Origin: a virus
IMG/VR virus record: IMGVR_UViG_3300045988_108118
Reading direction: 5' to 3' (one strand)
DNA length: 46,320 nt
Part shown: piece after piece, positions 14,058 to 22,735 of the stretch
How the letters are laid out: each line of letters starts with the position of its first letter
Numbering within the stretch: the stretch's first letter is position 1
The notes under the pieces: model-generated
Databases searched by the model: none
Seen by the model: only the letters and a program-made list of their open reading frames with translations
What the model was told of the DNA's origin: nothing
Program-made: the position numbers and the translations under genes

Positions 14058-14682
14058 CGTATGCCACCGCCTTTGCGATTTCGCCATAGATTCGTTTCAT
14101 GTCAAGCATGTAAGTCGCTTTCAGGCTCGTTCTGACCTGCTCAATTCGCTGTCTGGAAAGCCCAAGCTCTCTTGCAATGTCAGACTGATTCGCGTTTGGA
14201 TTCTCTACGAGCGCCTTTGCGATTCTCTGCCATGAGCCATTGCCGTGCTTGGGGAAAACATTATGTTCAAACGCCCATGGAATAAACTTGCACTCGCAGA
14301 TGCACTCTTTGCTGCGAAGAAAAGAATCCAAGTCTTTAGTCCACATGATTCGCTTTCCGCAATGTCTGCACTTTAACTCGTACTTAACAGCGTACAGAAT
14401 CCCATCCGACTTGCACAGATTCGTTTTAATATCCTCGCATCCCCAGCCATGCGGTTTCAGCTTTAGGTTCGCTTTTCGTAGCATAGCTGCTTCTTCGATT
14501 TCCCTGCGCTCACTTTTGAGCATAATATCCCCAGTGCGATTAAGACGATTATAGCAATTACGGCACAGATAGCCAAATTGCTTGTCTTTATACCATGCCT
14601 GTTGAATTTCTTTTCCATGCACGATTACAGGACTTGTCTTAGCGCCGCAGTAACCGCACGAGTGTCGTTTCATTGTACCCAT
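14044..14682 (-). CDS. Zinc-finger protein with a C-terminal HTH (sigma region-4/LuxR-like).
   Basis: CGYCGA..CRNC and CRHCGK..CICEC. C-terminal region NQSDIARELGLSRQRIEQV. Confidence 0.75.
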   Translation of the reverse strand: MGTMKRHSCGYCGAKTSPVIVHGKEIQQAWYKDKQFGYLCRNCYNRLNRTGDIMLKSERREIEEAAMLRKANLKLKPHGWGCEDIKTNLCKSDGILYAVKYELKCRHCGKRIMWTKDLDSFLRSKECICECKFIPWAFEHNVFPKHGNGSWQRIAKALVENPNANQSDIARELGLSRQRIEQVRTSLKATYMLDMKRIYGEIAKAVAYDGED

Positions 14683-15050
14683 TTTTTAAACAACTCCATC
14701 CAATCTTCAAATCTCATAGTTACGAGCCAGTCACCACCATTTTTGCGATGAATCACTGTCGGCTTGCCGTCTTTCTGCAACTCGCTATCTCTAACAGCCT
14801 GTTGCATTGCCAACTCCAAGTTAAGTTTTTCGACTCGCTTTACTTCGATGTGGATGCCGGGAACGCCAGCAACATCGGCTTCACCGTCTTTGCTGTTTCC
14901 CCTGCACTGTGCGCTTCTGTGAGCGTCAGGAAAGCCGTTGTCGATGAACATGTGAGCAACTTCCCGCTCTCCTATTTTGCCCTTATTCCGGCTCATTCTG
15001 CCTATCTGTGAACGCGTCTTATTCTTTTTCGTCTGCATCTTCGTCTGCAT
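14670..15050 (-). CDS. PD-(D/E)XK Holliday-junction-resolvase-like nuclease.
   Basis: GKIGEREVAHMF...DGEADVAGVPGIHIEVKRVEKLN. Start ATG at 15050 lies 7 nt after AGGAG; the ORF-track start at 15170 overlaps the upstream gene. Confidence 0.75.
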   Translation of the reverse strand: MQTKMQTKKNKTRSQIGRMSRNKGKIGEREVAHMFIDNGFPDAHRSAQCRGNSKDGEADVAGVPGIHIEVKRVEKLNLELAMQQAVRDSELQKDGKPTVIHRKNGGDWLVTMRFEDWMELFKKWVQ

Positions 15051-15219
15051 CAAGTTTCTCCTGCTTTTGCTTTCTGCGATAATTGCGAGTAAGCGAATCC
15101 TTGACCCACTTCTTGCGCTTTGAGTTGGCGATAAGACCGAACCAACGGCACTCTGTAAGTTGCCATTCAAAGTCCCATGATTTGCCGCTTTTTGTTCTCT
15201 TGTACTGTGCTTTCTTCAT
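15019..15219 (-). CDS. Hypothetical basic protein (66 aa).
   Basis: ORF MKKAQYKRTKSGKSWDFEWQL... whose C-terminus overlaps the resolvase start. Confidence 0.6.
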   Translation of the reverse strand: MKKAQYKRTKSGKSWDFEWQLTECRWFGLIANSKRKKWVKDSLTRNYRRKQKQEKLDADEDADEKE

Positions 15220-15230
15220 GGTGATTCACC

Positions 15231-16478
15231 TCAAAACGGTAATTGTTGGCCGGAGCAATCCTCAAAGCCATCTTCATCAACTCCGAGTTGTCTTATTTGC
15301 TGCGTTTCTGCGTTGAACACGCAATCAATAGAACCAACTCTGCCCTCTTTGTTCTTGCCAAGAATCACCTTGTAACCATCCTCGTAGCCGTTATGCAGGA
15401 GAATAATCACATCGGACGCTTCCTCGATGCCGCCGGATTCTTTGAGGTCTGCCAGCGTAGGCGGCTGCTGTGCGCCTTGGCGATTGATTTGTGCAAGAAC
15501 AATAGTAACGATTTTCTCATTCTGCGCCATGACATGTAGGTCGTTGATAGCGTTCGTGGTGAGTTCATAGCGGCCCTGCCCGTGCGATTTAACGATTGTC
15601 AGATAGTCTACAAAGACAACCTCTGCGCCACGCCTGACGGCTTCATTGCGAACCCACTGGACAGTTTTGCCAGCTGATGGAACAATCTCAAAGTCAAGCA
15701 ACGCAAACCGTGCCTTGCACTCATTCCAGCGCTTCTTATCTTCATCTGTCAAGCAACGCTTCTTGATGTGCGCCAGCGGAATACCTGCATAAGCTGCAAC
15801 CATGCGGTCAACGACCTTGGCTTCGCTTGTCTCAAAGCTAAAGAACACACACTTATGCTTCATTGCCATGCGTAACATAAAGTTAAGGCTGATTGCAGTC
15901 TTACCAGCTGACGGACGACCGCCAATTACGATTAAGTCTCCGCGCTCAACGTAAGAACAATCGTCCAAATCAGGCAATCCGAACTTGAAGTATTCTGGTT
16001 GTGATTTCTGGTTTTGCTCAAACAATGTGACCGCGCTTTTCGCGTTGGTACTCTCTGCTTCTTTGACTCCGTTAAACGGTACAAGGATGCTCTCTGCCAT
16101 CTCCTGCAAATCTGCGATAGATACAGAAGTAGTCAAAGCTGCGTTCACCATCTCATTAGCTCTGTTCACTACTGTGCGAGTCGTGTAAGAGTCTTTGACG
16201 CTGTTCATGTATAACTTCCAGTTAGATACGCTCGGAAGCGTTTCAGCGTACCGTAGAGCTACTGTGCGCAGCTCCGGGTTAAGGCGAGAAGAAATAGTGG
16301 CAATGTCATAAGCGCCATTCTTCTCAAAGTACGCTTTCTGGCAAACCTCAAAGACTTCCCGGCATTCGTCACTAAAGAACATCTCTGCCGTAATCTCCGA
16401 GAATACCTCACTGCAACACTCCTTTGGCTCTAACAGCAAGCAGCCAATCAGAGCGGTTTCAGAATCAAGACCTTTCAT
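15231..16478 (-). CDS. dnaB: DnaB-family replicative helicase.
   Basis: Walker A is GGRPSAGKTA. DYLTIV..., AQINRQG and LADLKESGGIEEASDVIILLH. Confidence 0.95.
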   Translation of the reverse strand: MKGLDSETALIGCLLLEPKECCSEVFSEITAEMFFSDECREVFEVCQKAYFEKNGAYDIATISSRLNPELRTVALRYAETLPSVSNWKLYMNSVKDSYTTRTVVNRANEMVNAALTTSVSIADLQEMAESILVPFNGVKEAESTNAKSAVTLFEQNQKSQPEYFKFGLPDLDDCSYVERGDLIVIGGRPSAGKTAISLNFMLRMAMKHKCVFFSFETSEAKVVDRMVAAYAGIPLAHIKKRCLTDEDKKRWNECKARFALLDFEIVPSAGKTVQWVRNEAVRRGAEVVFVDYLTIVKSHGQGRYELTTNAINDLHVMAQNEKIVTIVLAQINRQGAQQPPTLADLKESGGIEEASDVIILLHNGYEDGYKVILGKNKEGRVGSIDCVFNAETQQIRQLGVDEDGFEDCSGQQLPF

Positions 16479-16750
16479 TCGCTATCCCTCTTTAACTTTT
16501 GCATCATCATCGCGTCACGACCACGCAGATGGGCCAATTTCGCGTACAAATCGCTTACTTTGATACAGTGCTGGCAGGTCTTAGAACACTCTACAAGCGC
16601 TTCCTTTACGCTCTGAAAGTCATACGCTCCAAGCGCTTTATGATACAGCATCGCAAGGCTCTCAAAGTCATTTTCCGAGAAACGGCAAAAGTCTAGCGGA
16701 TAGAGCAAGCGATTTGCCGTCACAAGCTGTTCTGCTTCACTTCTTGTCAT
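16475..16750 (-). CDS. Putative helicase loader (SPP1 G39P-like).
   Basis: Sits immediately upstream of dnaB. The YP..F....E....LYHKALGAYDFQSVKEAL pattern resembles the G39P N-terminal domain. Confidence 0.55.
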   Translation of the reverse strand: MTRSEAEQLVTANRLLYPLDFCRFSENDFESLAMLYHKALGAYDFQSVKEALVECSKTCQHCIKVSDLYAKLAHLRGRDAMMMQKLKRDSE

Positions 16751-17024
16751 CTTTTACCCACCTCGCCTTGTTATTTTCTTCGTCCAACTCTTTTTTGTAG
16801 CCGTTAGAATCAAGCCACAACTCGAAGTTGGCTTCATGGTACTTAAAAAACTGGTAATTATCCCGGTCATCTTTGAACGCAATTAAAAGTTCTTGAAGCA
16901 TGTTTGCAAGCATTGCAAGAACAATGCAAGCGATAACGCATACAGAAAACGCTCCGACAACAGCGAACAATGTCACCGCAAAGCCGATATACCCATGATA
17001 AATAGCTGTCCACATAGTTACCAC
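16737..17024 (-). CDS. Membrane protein (95 aa).
   Basis: Two TM helices: IGFAVTLFAVVGAFSVCVIACIVLAMLANML. Confidence 0.65.
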   Translation of the reverse strand: MVTMWTAIYHGYIGFAVTLFAVVGAFSVCVIACIVLAMLANMLQELLIAFKDDRDNYQFFKYHEANFELWLDSNGYKKELDEENNKARWVKDDKK

Positions 17025-17428
17025 TCCAATCTTGCAGCACCATCTTTGTAAACAATTGGCGCTTTCTGCTGCGATTTAACTCCGAGATAATCCTGATAGC
17101 GAGTATTGAAGAACGTAGAACCCATCAGAATATATTTCTCGTCCTTGCCTTTCGTTGTAGCTGCGTAAGCACTCACGGCTTGAATCATCGGCTCTCTGCC
17201 CACTTTCAGCAAGCGTTTTTTAGCGGCTAAAGAGATAGCGCTCTTGCCAGCCTTGCGCGGATACAGTTTCCAAAGTTCCTCGAATAACTCATTGGCTTTC
17301 TTCGTTTCTTCGGATTCTGCGATTTTCTGCTGACCTGCGCCAGAGTCGTTCTCTTTTAACTCTGAGATAAGATGGTCAATGTCAAGGCGAATCTTTTCGA
17401 GCCTTGCAATTGCTTGTTCATTTGTCAT
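17018..17428 (-). CDS. Conserved phage replication-module protein, function unknown.
   Basis: LWKLYPRKAGKS....DEKYILMGSTFFN motif, common next to DnaD/DnaB genes. Confidence 0.7.
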   Translation of the reverse strand: MTNEQAIARLEKIRLDIDHLISELKENDSGAGQQKIAESEETKKANELFEELWKLYPRKAGKSAISLAAKKRLLKVGREPMIQAVSAYAATTKGKDEKYILMGSTFFNTRYQDYLGVKSQQKAPIVYKDGAARLEW

Positions 17429-17458
17429 TTGGCATTTCTCCTTTCGTTCGTTGCCTTT

Positions 17459-17487
17459 ATTATAGCACGACGAAATGCTGTTGTCAA
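17459..17487 (-). promoter_or_regulatory. Consensus sigma-A promoter.
   Basis: On the minus strand: TTGACA (17482-17487), 17-nt spacer, TATAAT (17459-17464). Confidence 0.75.
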
Positions 17488-17497
17488 GAGGGAACGA

Positions 17498-18160
17498 TTA
17501 CCACGCAAACGATTTAACTAAATTAATCGAATCATAAAATTCACATGCCTGACCAATTAAATCATATCGTCCGATATACGCATCATATTTGCTCTGCGCA
17601 AGGCCAACTCCGAGCTGACTTTTCCCGTCCATTACGCTTGCTGGTACAATATAGGTTTTTACGATGTCTTCGCCGGAACAATCAAGACAATAACACGCAA
17701 AAAAATCACACGAATGTTTTTTGTGCTCTAGATTAAAAGAATAGTAACCCTGTTTGTCGCTACCAAAAACCTTTGCAACTTTTACATCCACTTTAACGCA
17801 ACCGTTAATAAGCACGTCATACGGGAAACGCGGTTCGTCGCAATTCACTCGCTCTGCATCAAAGCCTTTTTCCAGCATTTCAGCAACAAAATAGTTCTCG
17901 TATTCCTCGCCTTTCTTTGATTCGCACTCTTTAAATTCTAGGCCCATGCGTTCTCCCCAATATTTAGGGCCACCATTTCTACGCATTGCGTTAGACAATT
18001 TGTAATTGCCGTAAAAGGCTCGCGTTTCCTTGTGCGTTGGCAATGTTTTTTGACCAGTTTGTTCAACCATATAACGGATAGCCTTTTCGATGTTATCCTT
18101 GCTCCAATAAATGCGAACAGGTTCATCACTAAACAAACTTTCAATAAAAGAATCTGCCAT
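17498..18160 (-). CDS. Freestanding PD-(D/E)XK endonuclease with an N-terminal homing-endonuclease-associated-repeat-like domain.
   Basis: The N-terminal WSKDNIEKAIRYMVEQTGQKTLPT...YWGERMGL resembles a homing-endonuclease-associated repeat. The core PYDVLINGCVKVDVKVAK is D..(D/E)xK-like. Confidence 0.65.
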   Translation of the reverse strand: MADSFIESLFSDEPVRIYWSKDNIEKAIRYMVEQTGQKTLPTHKETRAFYGNYKLSNAMRRNGGPKYWGERMGLEFKECESKKGEEYENYFVAEMLEKGFDAERVNCDEPRFPYDVLINGCVKVDVKVAKVFGSDKQGYYSFNLEHKKHSCDFFACYCLDCSGEDIVKTYIVPASVMDGKSQLGVGLAQSKYDAYIGRYDLIGQACEFYDSINLVKSFAW

Positions 18161-18196
18161 AATATAATCGCTCCTTTGTTTTTTTGGATTGACTAT

Positions 18197-18225
18197 ATTA
18201 TAGCAGACTTTCTGAACTATGTCAA
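18197..18225 (-). promoter_or_regulatory. Consensus sigma-A promoter.
   Basis: On the minus strand: TTGACA (18220-18225), 17-nt spacer, TATAAT (18197-18202). Confidence 0.75.
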
Positions 18226-18245
18226 TGATTTTTTAAGATTTATGT

Positions 18246-18668
18246 TCAAAACGGTAAGTCCCCATCATCGGAGATAGGTTCAAGGTCGAGCGTCTTGTCC
18301 TGTTTCGGCTGCTGGTGGTCATACAGCGCATCGCCGTAGTTTGCGTTGGGGTTAGGGTTGCCACCGCCACGAGGGTCATCGCCCGGAACATGGCCGTTTA
18401 TCAACAGGTTCATGCTCTCATAGCGCTTGCCGTTGTAATCGCGCACGGACTTCTCCACACCGTTGATTGCAGAAATCTGAACTTTTCCGGCAGCGTAAAT
18501 CTCGTCAGCGTTGGTGAAAATCAGGACGTTGAACCAGCCATTGGTCTTATATGTTCCGTCAGGCTGGCGCTCGGAATCGCTGATGCTTGCACGCAAGTAC
18601 GGATTGCCTTTCTTGCTCGTGTACACATTCGGCTTGAACAGCTTGTAGACTTTGCCAGGTTTAATCAT
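18246..18668 (-). CDS. ssb: Single-stranded DNA-binding protein.
   Basis: OB-fold-sized N-terminal region, Gly/Pro/Asn-rich linker, canonical acidic tail ending DDGDLPF. Confidence 0.9.
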   Translation of the reverse strand: MIKPGKVYKLFKPNVYTSKKGNPYLRASISDSERQPDGTYKTNGWFNVLIFTNADEIYAAGKVQISAINGVEKSVRDYNGKRYESMNLLINGHVPGDDPRGGGNPNPNANYGDALYDHQQPKQDKTLDLEPISDDGDLPF

Positions 18669-18690
18669 AGTTATATCTCCTTACTTAAAT

Positions 18691-19017
18691 TTATTCACGG
18701 TAGCCATCGTAGATTTCCAATTCCCAATTGCCATCATCGTCAACCATGAGAATAGTCTGCCCGTTGTAGGCGTTTTTGTTTGTTTTCTTTACCATCTCAA
18801 CAAAATATTGAAAATCTTCGAGTTTATCAATCGTGACGTAAAGTGTGCTTTCATCTCGAAAACGCCATTTTCCAGACTCGTAATCAAAAAACTCTCTCTT
18901 TTTGCCGGTTGCGACACGTTCAAGTTTGAAACGAGGGTCTTTGAGAAACGGATACATCTCAATTATTTCGTCCCCGTTATCAAACCACGAAACGGTTGCT
19001 TCAACTTTAACACGCAT
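18691..19017 (-). CDS. Hypothetical protein (108 aa).
   Basis: ORF within the operon. Confidence 0.7.
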   Translation of the reverse strand: MRVKVEATVSWFDNGDEIIEMYPFLKDPRFKLERVATGKKREFFDYESGKWRFRDESTLYVTIDKLEDFQYFVEMVKKTNKNAYNGQTILMVDDDGNWELEIYDGYRE

Positions 19018-19034
19018 AAGACAACTCCTAACTT

Positions 19035-19778
19035 TTACTTAACAACTTCTCCCTCAACGACTGTCTCGGAAAAGCTCTCAATCTTGTTGCAGATTCCATC
19101 GTAATCTCGATTGAGAATAGATTTTGCAGAATCATAACCAGCATCAGCAATAATCTTCGCAGCAGTCTCGGAATCAACGCTGTTCTGTGTGCAGAGCGTG
19201 TACAGGCGCTTAACCTGTTTTGCAGAAATCTTATCATCGGGTCTTGTCACAGACTGGGCAACCTTGGCAAAGTCAGAAGTTTCAAGCACAGAATCTTCCA
19301 AATCTGCCGTAAAAGAGCCAGAAAGCTGCGCCAAAAGCAGACAAGCATCGACCTCACTGCGTTTTTTCGCAATCTTTAGCTTAGTGTTGGCAAGGTCTGC
19401 CGGGTTTGCCCTGCCGCAGTTTGACTCCAAAGTCGAAGCAGAACCGTAGCCATCTGTAATGTGCTGGCCATTCTTGTAAAGCTCACAACGAAAGCGATAA
19501 AAGAAAAATGGACGTTTACCCTCATCAATTCCAAATTCCTCAACTGCTTTTTCAAGAACAAATTTGCTTTCTACTCCATAAGCCATTAGGATTCTCTCTG
19601 CGCCGCTCTTATAGAGGGAAGCTTTAGCTGCTTTTGGAATACGACCAAAGTCGATATTGCGCCGAAGTAGTAAATTTTTGTCTCCGATTGTAACACGGTA
19701 GTTCTCGTGGTCAGAGCGCACAACCGCTCCGATTGGGGAATAGCTTCCAGTTGCAACGATTTCTTCACTCATTATCAA
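19035..19778 (-). CDS. Putative single-strand annealing protein (recombinase).
   Basis: KASLYKSGAERILMAYGV...GYGSAST.E...KIAKKRSEVDACLLLAQLSGSFTADLED. It lies next to the exonuclease gene. The family assignment is uncertain. Confidence 0.55.
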   Translation of the reverse strand: MIMSEEIVATGSYSPIGAVVRSDHENYRVTIGDKNLLLRRNIDFGRIPKAAKASLYKSGAERILMAYGVESKFVLEKAVEEFGIDEGKRPFFFYRFRCELYKNGQHITDGYGSASTLESNCGRANPADLANTKLKIAKKRSEVDACLLLAQLSGSFTADLEDSVLETSDFAKVAQSVTRPDDKISAKQVKRLYTLCTQNSVDSETAAKIIADAGYDSAKSILNRDYDGICNKIESFSETVVEGEVVK

Positions 19779-19795
19779 ATTTCTCCTTTGCTTTA

Positions 19796-20464
19796 TTATT
19801 TAATTAAATTGTCCAGCTTTAACTTTTTGATTACCTCGTCAACGTCCCAATTTTTTCGATAAAATCTATCGTACAGTGCAGACCTGCTCATTCCTATTTT
19901 ATTCGCAAATTCGGGAATTGTATAAATATTTCCGTTGTATTCAAATTTTCTTACGGTTCTTTTGTTCCTGTTCTGCTCCGCAATAGAAATAAATCTGCAA
20001 TTTTCTGGACAATAATTACCATTTACGTCAATTCTGTCTATTGTTGTGACACCACGGGCTGCAATTTCGTCATATCCGTTTGCAAGTGCCCACGCCCTAA
20101 ACGATTCGTAATCGTTCCATTCATCGCACATTTTAATTCCTCTGCCGCCGTAATCGCAGAATCCTTTATTCCTTTTGTTATAGCATCTTGTCTTTATCGA
20201 AGCCCAAACCCTATAAAGTCTTTCGTGCGTGTGCCCATGTTTGTAATTTCTGGCACTTGTTACTTTACTCGAAACCTCTCTTTGCAGGCATCCGCAACTC
20301 TTTGTATGTCCATCTTTCAAGTGGCTTTTCCCAACTATCACTTTGCGACCACAATCGCATTGGCAAAGCCAAAAAGTCTGGCATTGTTTTGCAGAAAAAT
20401 GGTGATAACTAATAGCAACAAGTCTACCATACCGATTTCCAGAAATGTCCTCTCTGTTTTTCAC
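19796..20464 (-). CDS. HNH-like (HNH_3-type) homing-endonuclease-like protein; paralog of 3788-4429.
   Basis: TRCYNKRNKGFCDYGGRGIKMCDEW...TIDRIDVNGNYCPENCRFISIAEQNRNKR. Confidence 0.75.
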   Translation of the reverse strand: MKNREDISGNRYGRLVAISYHHFSAKQCQTFWLCQCDCGRKVIVGKSHLKDGHTKSCGCLQREVSSKVTSARNYKHGHTHERLYRVWASIKTRCYNKRNKGFCDYGGRGIKMCDEWNDYESFRAWALANGYDEIAARGVTTIDRIDVNGNYCPENCRFISIAEQNRNKRTVRKFEYNGNIYTIPEFANKIGMSRSALYDRFYRKNWDVDEVIKKLKLDNLIK

Positions 20465-21102
20465 AATGAACTCACCGCCATTCTAACACCTTTCAAAGCC
20501 CGCTCAATTCGATATATGTTACGGCAACTGTAAAATAACTCACTGCCCTGTTTAGCGTCACACTCGTACAGTCGATATTTTCCATTCCTCATAAGCTGTA
20601 ATCCTAAATGTCTAATTTCACTGTCTCCAATTTTTTCTGGTTTATCATTTAGAAGCAAATCGTGGTAAGCTGTCAACTGAGCGCTTAACGACAAAATATC
20701 AACCTTGTAGCTTGTCTTTATATCAAGAATGCAAAAATAACCATCAATAACGCCGAATCTATCAAGAGTCCCAGCAAACCCAAGCGTTTCATTTGCCATG
20801 CGATATTCCGTGAGTATCCATCCGGGTTTATAGTCTCTCACAAACTGCACATAGGCTTCCAGATACGGCGCATATTCAGCCGGAAAATCGTCTGGAATCT
20901 CGCCGGAGTAATCATACATTACTGTCGCTTCATGCACCGCAGAGCCGCGCTCTCGCGCCATCAGAGCCATATTGGGGTCAGCGTTATTCGCCTTATCAAC
21001 TGCAAGATAACGGATGATGTGCGTTACGCTCGGCAGTTCCTTGCCGTCCAACGTGTAAGTGTGAGTTGCTTCGTCAAACTGAACCTTACCCATTGCCATC
21101 AC
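20461..21102 (-). CDS. PD-(D/E)XK (RecB/Cas4-like) exonuclease.
   Basis: HTYTLDGKELPSVTHII...RGSAVHEA...GTLDRFGVIDGYFCILDIKTS. Confidence 0.8.
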   Translation of the reverse strand: MMAMGKVQFDEATHTYTLDGKELPSVTHIIRYLAVDKANNADPNMALMARERGSAVHEATVMYDYSGEIPDDFPAEYAPYLEAYVQFVRDYKPGWILTEYRMANETLGFAGTLDRFGVIDGYFCILDIKTSYKVDILSLSAQLTAYHDLLLNDKPEKIGDSEIRHLGLQLMRNGKYRLYECDAKQGSELFYSCRNIYRIERALKGVRMAVSSL

Positions 21103-21298
21103 CCTTGAACAGTGCCTTGTCGCGTTCAGAAAGAATCAGCTTGATTTCTTCCATGCAGGATTCCGGGGAAACAGTGCCATCTTTGTAAGCATTTGCAATT
21201 TCAGCAATCAAATCCACCGCACACATATCGGCTGTTGGCCAATTGTTTTTCCAAAGAAACGTAAGGTCTTTGAGAGTTTTCTTAGTCGATTCACGCAT
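21086..21298 (-). CDS. Hypothetical protein (70 aa).
   Basis: ORF within the operon. Confidence 0.6.
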   Translation of the reverse strand: MRESTKKTLKDLTFLWKNNWPTADMCAVDLIAEIANAYKDGTVSPESCMEEIKLILSERDKALFKGDGNG

Positions 21299-21311
21299 CT
21301 TTCATTCTCCT

Positions 21312-21899
21312 TTATCTATCTTCCACAAACGCCATGTTCTTGCGCAGATTGAGCGATTTTGGATTGAGAATACAAGCCGGGGCGACAGCACCGCCGTTGC
21401 ACGCACCGTAGTTGTACAGCAGACCATCCGTGCTCACAGTGCGAATGACGATCGATTCCCCCGCGTCGGAATCCTTATCACCACAGCCCAAAGGCGTGGC
21501 AGTCCAAATCAATCTGTCTATGTCGTAGTACGGGATGTAATCACGGTACTTGCGGTACTCGTCACATGTGAGGATGAAAACGGTGTCTTTTACTGTTCCA
21601 TAGGCGCGGTCGCCGTTGTCTGCAACAAGGTCAATGGTGTGTAATAGCAGACTTTTTTTCTCGAAAACGGCGTTCGCCATATCAGATAAAATCCCCCGTA
21701 CATTACTGGTGCAGTAGTTATTCCAGTTGCCTTTCTCATCGGCGAATTTATCACTTTGGCAGAATTTTACATCTTTTTTCCACGGCTTTGCCATAATAGC
21801 CAACACACCGCCGTCAGGGTGGTTCGGGTCAAGGCATACCCACTCGAAGCCCTTAAACATAAAGTGTTCGCCGGGGCGCAGGGTTGTGATGTTAGTCAT
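21312..21899 (-). CDS. DUF6273-like protein.
   Basis: FEWVCLD...VFILTCDEYRKY...WTATP...GAVAPACILN pattern. Start ATG at 21899 overlaps the upstream stop (ATGACTAA). Confidence 0.65.
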   Translation of the reverse strand: MTNITTLRPGEHFMFKGFEWVCLDPNHPDGGVLAIMAKPWKKDVKFCQSDKFADEKGNWNNYCTSNVRGILSDMANAVFEKKSLLLHTIDLVADNGDRAYGTVKDTVFILTCDEYRKYRDYIPYYDIDRLIWTATPLGCGDKDSDAGESIVIRTVSTDGLLYNYGACNGGAVAPACILNPKSLNLRKNMAFVEDR

Positions 21900-22089
21900 T
21901 GTCAAGCACCTTCTTTCCCTTTGCATCGTAGCGCGTATTCCACTGAGCGATTTGGTCAGCTCCAACAATGCCACGGAGGCTCAGCAAACAACTGTTTTGC
22001 GGATGACACCAGATAGTGCTGGGCGCTTCGTTTTTTAGGAAGGCACCACAGAACGGGCAAGGCTTTAGTTTGATGTCAATCGTTACCAT
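21892..22089 (-). CDS. Lar-family restriction-alleviation-like protein.
   Basis: Hallmark KLKPCPFCGA near the N-terminus; 65 aa. Confidence 0.7.
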   Translation of the reverse strand: MVTIDIKLKPCPFCGAFLKNEAPSTIWCHPQNSCLLSLRGIVGADQIAQWNTRYDAKGKKVLDND

Positions 22090-22459
22090 TGTCGGTCACC
22101 TCTGCAAGCCAAAATTTTCGTTTGCAATCAAAGCAACTGATTTCGTCGCAATTTCTTTCTGGTCTGTAATCACAACCAATGTATTTAGGGCACAGCCAAA
22201 TGACATCGTTATAAATTTTCGCATTCGGAAACATCTTCAAGAACTCGCTCTGGCGGGTCTTGACGGGGTGGTCTTTCGCCCATTGCTCGACAATCTGCAC
22301 AGCCTTTTCTGCGTATTCGCTTACATCTGCGATACAGTAGACTGCGATACAGTAGACATTGCCACCTTCTTTGCAGTTTTCGTGCAATGGGCATTCATGA
22401 CAATCGGCTTGACTTTCGCACAATCTGCGTAAATTTTTTATACATTCAACTGCGTCCAT
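22076..22459 (-). CDS. Cys-rich early protein (127 aa); first gene of the minus-strand early block.
   Basis: ATG at 22459 follows AAAGGAG. Contains CHECPLHENC and ISCFDCKRKFW. The ORF-track start at 22669 runs through the promoter region. Confidence 0.7.
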   Translation of the reverse strand: MDAVECIKNLRRLCESQADCHECPLHENCKEGGNVYCIAVYCIADVSEYAEKAVQIVEQWAKDHPVKTRQSEFLKMFPNAKIYNDVIWLCPKYIGCDYRPERNCDEISCFDCKRKFWLAEVTDNGND

Positions 22460-22525
22460 AACTATTCTCCTTTTCTTCTTCTGTCGTTTCGATTTTTCTC
22501 GGATTCTTTCGCTTCCGATACATTT

Positions 22526-22554
22526 ATTATACGCTTCTTTCGGATGGAAGTCAA
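22526..22554 (-). promoter_or_regulatory. Early-left promoter.
   Basis: On the minus strand: TTGACT (22549-22554), 17-nt spacer, TATAAT (22526-22531). Confidence 0.8.
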
Positions 22555-22587
22555 TAGTTTTCGGAGAAATATTTTTAAAGATTTTTC

Positions 22588-22616
22588 TTGCAACCATCGA
22601 GCGCGTGTGGTATAAT
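22588..22616 (+). promoter_or_regulatory. Early-right promoter, divergent from and back to back with 22526-22554.
   Basis: TTGCAA (22588-22593), 17-nt spacer, TGgTATAAT (-10 at 22611-22616). Confidence 0.8.
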
Positions 22617-22629
22617 AAAGATGTTATCA

Positions 22630-22735
22630 GAAGTCTTGTTTGGTGTGGTGGCTGAACAAGGCCATACAACTAAATAAGACTTCGAGCTTACTCTGATTGT
22701 ACCCACCACGACAGTCAGCGTAGGCTTTTCTTTTT
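22630..22735 (+). promoter_or_regulatory. Structured leader: hairpin 1 followed by a 15-bp terminator hairpin with a U-tract (attenuator-like), copy 1.
   Basis: GAAGTCTT/AAGACTTC (22630-37 and 22676-83). Stem 22685-22699 pairs with 22712-22726. U-tract at 22726-22735. Loop 7-mer CCACCAC is complementary to GTGGTGG at 22645-51. Confidence 0.6.
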
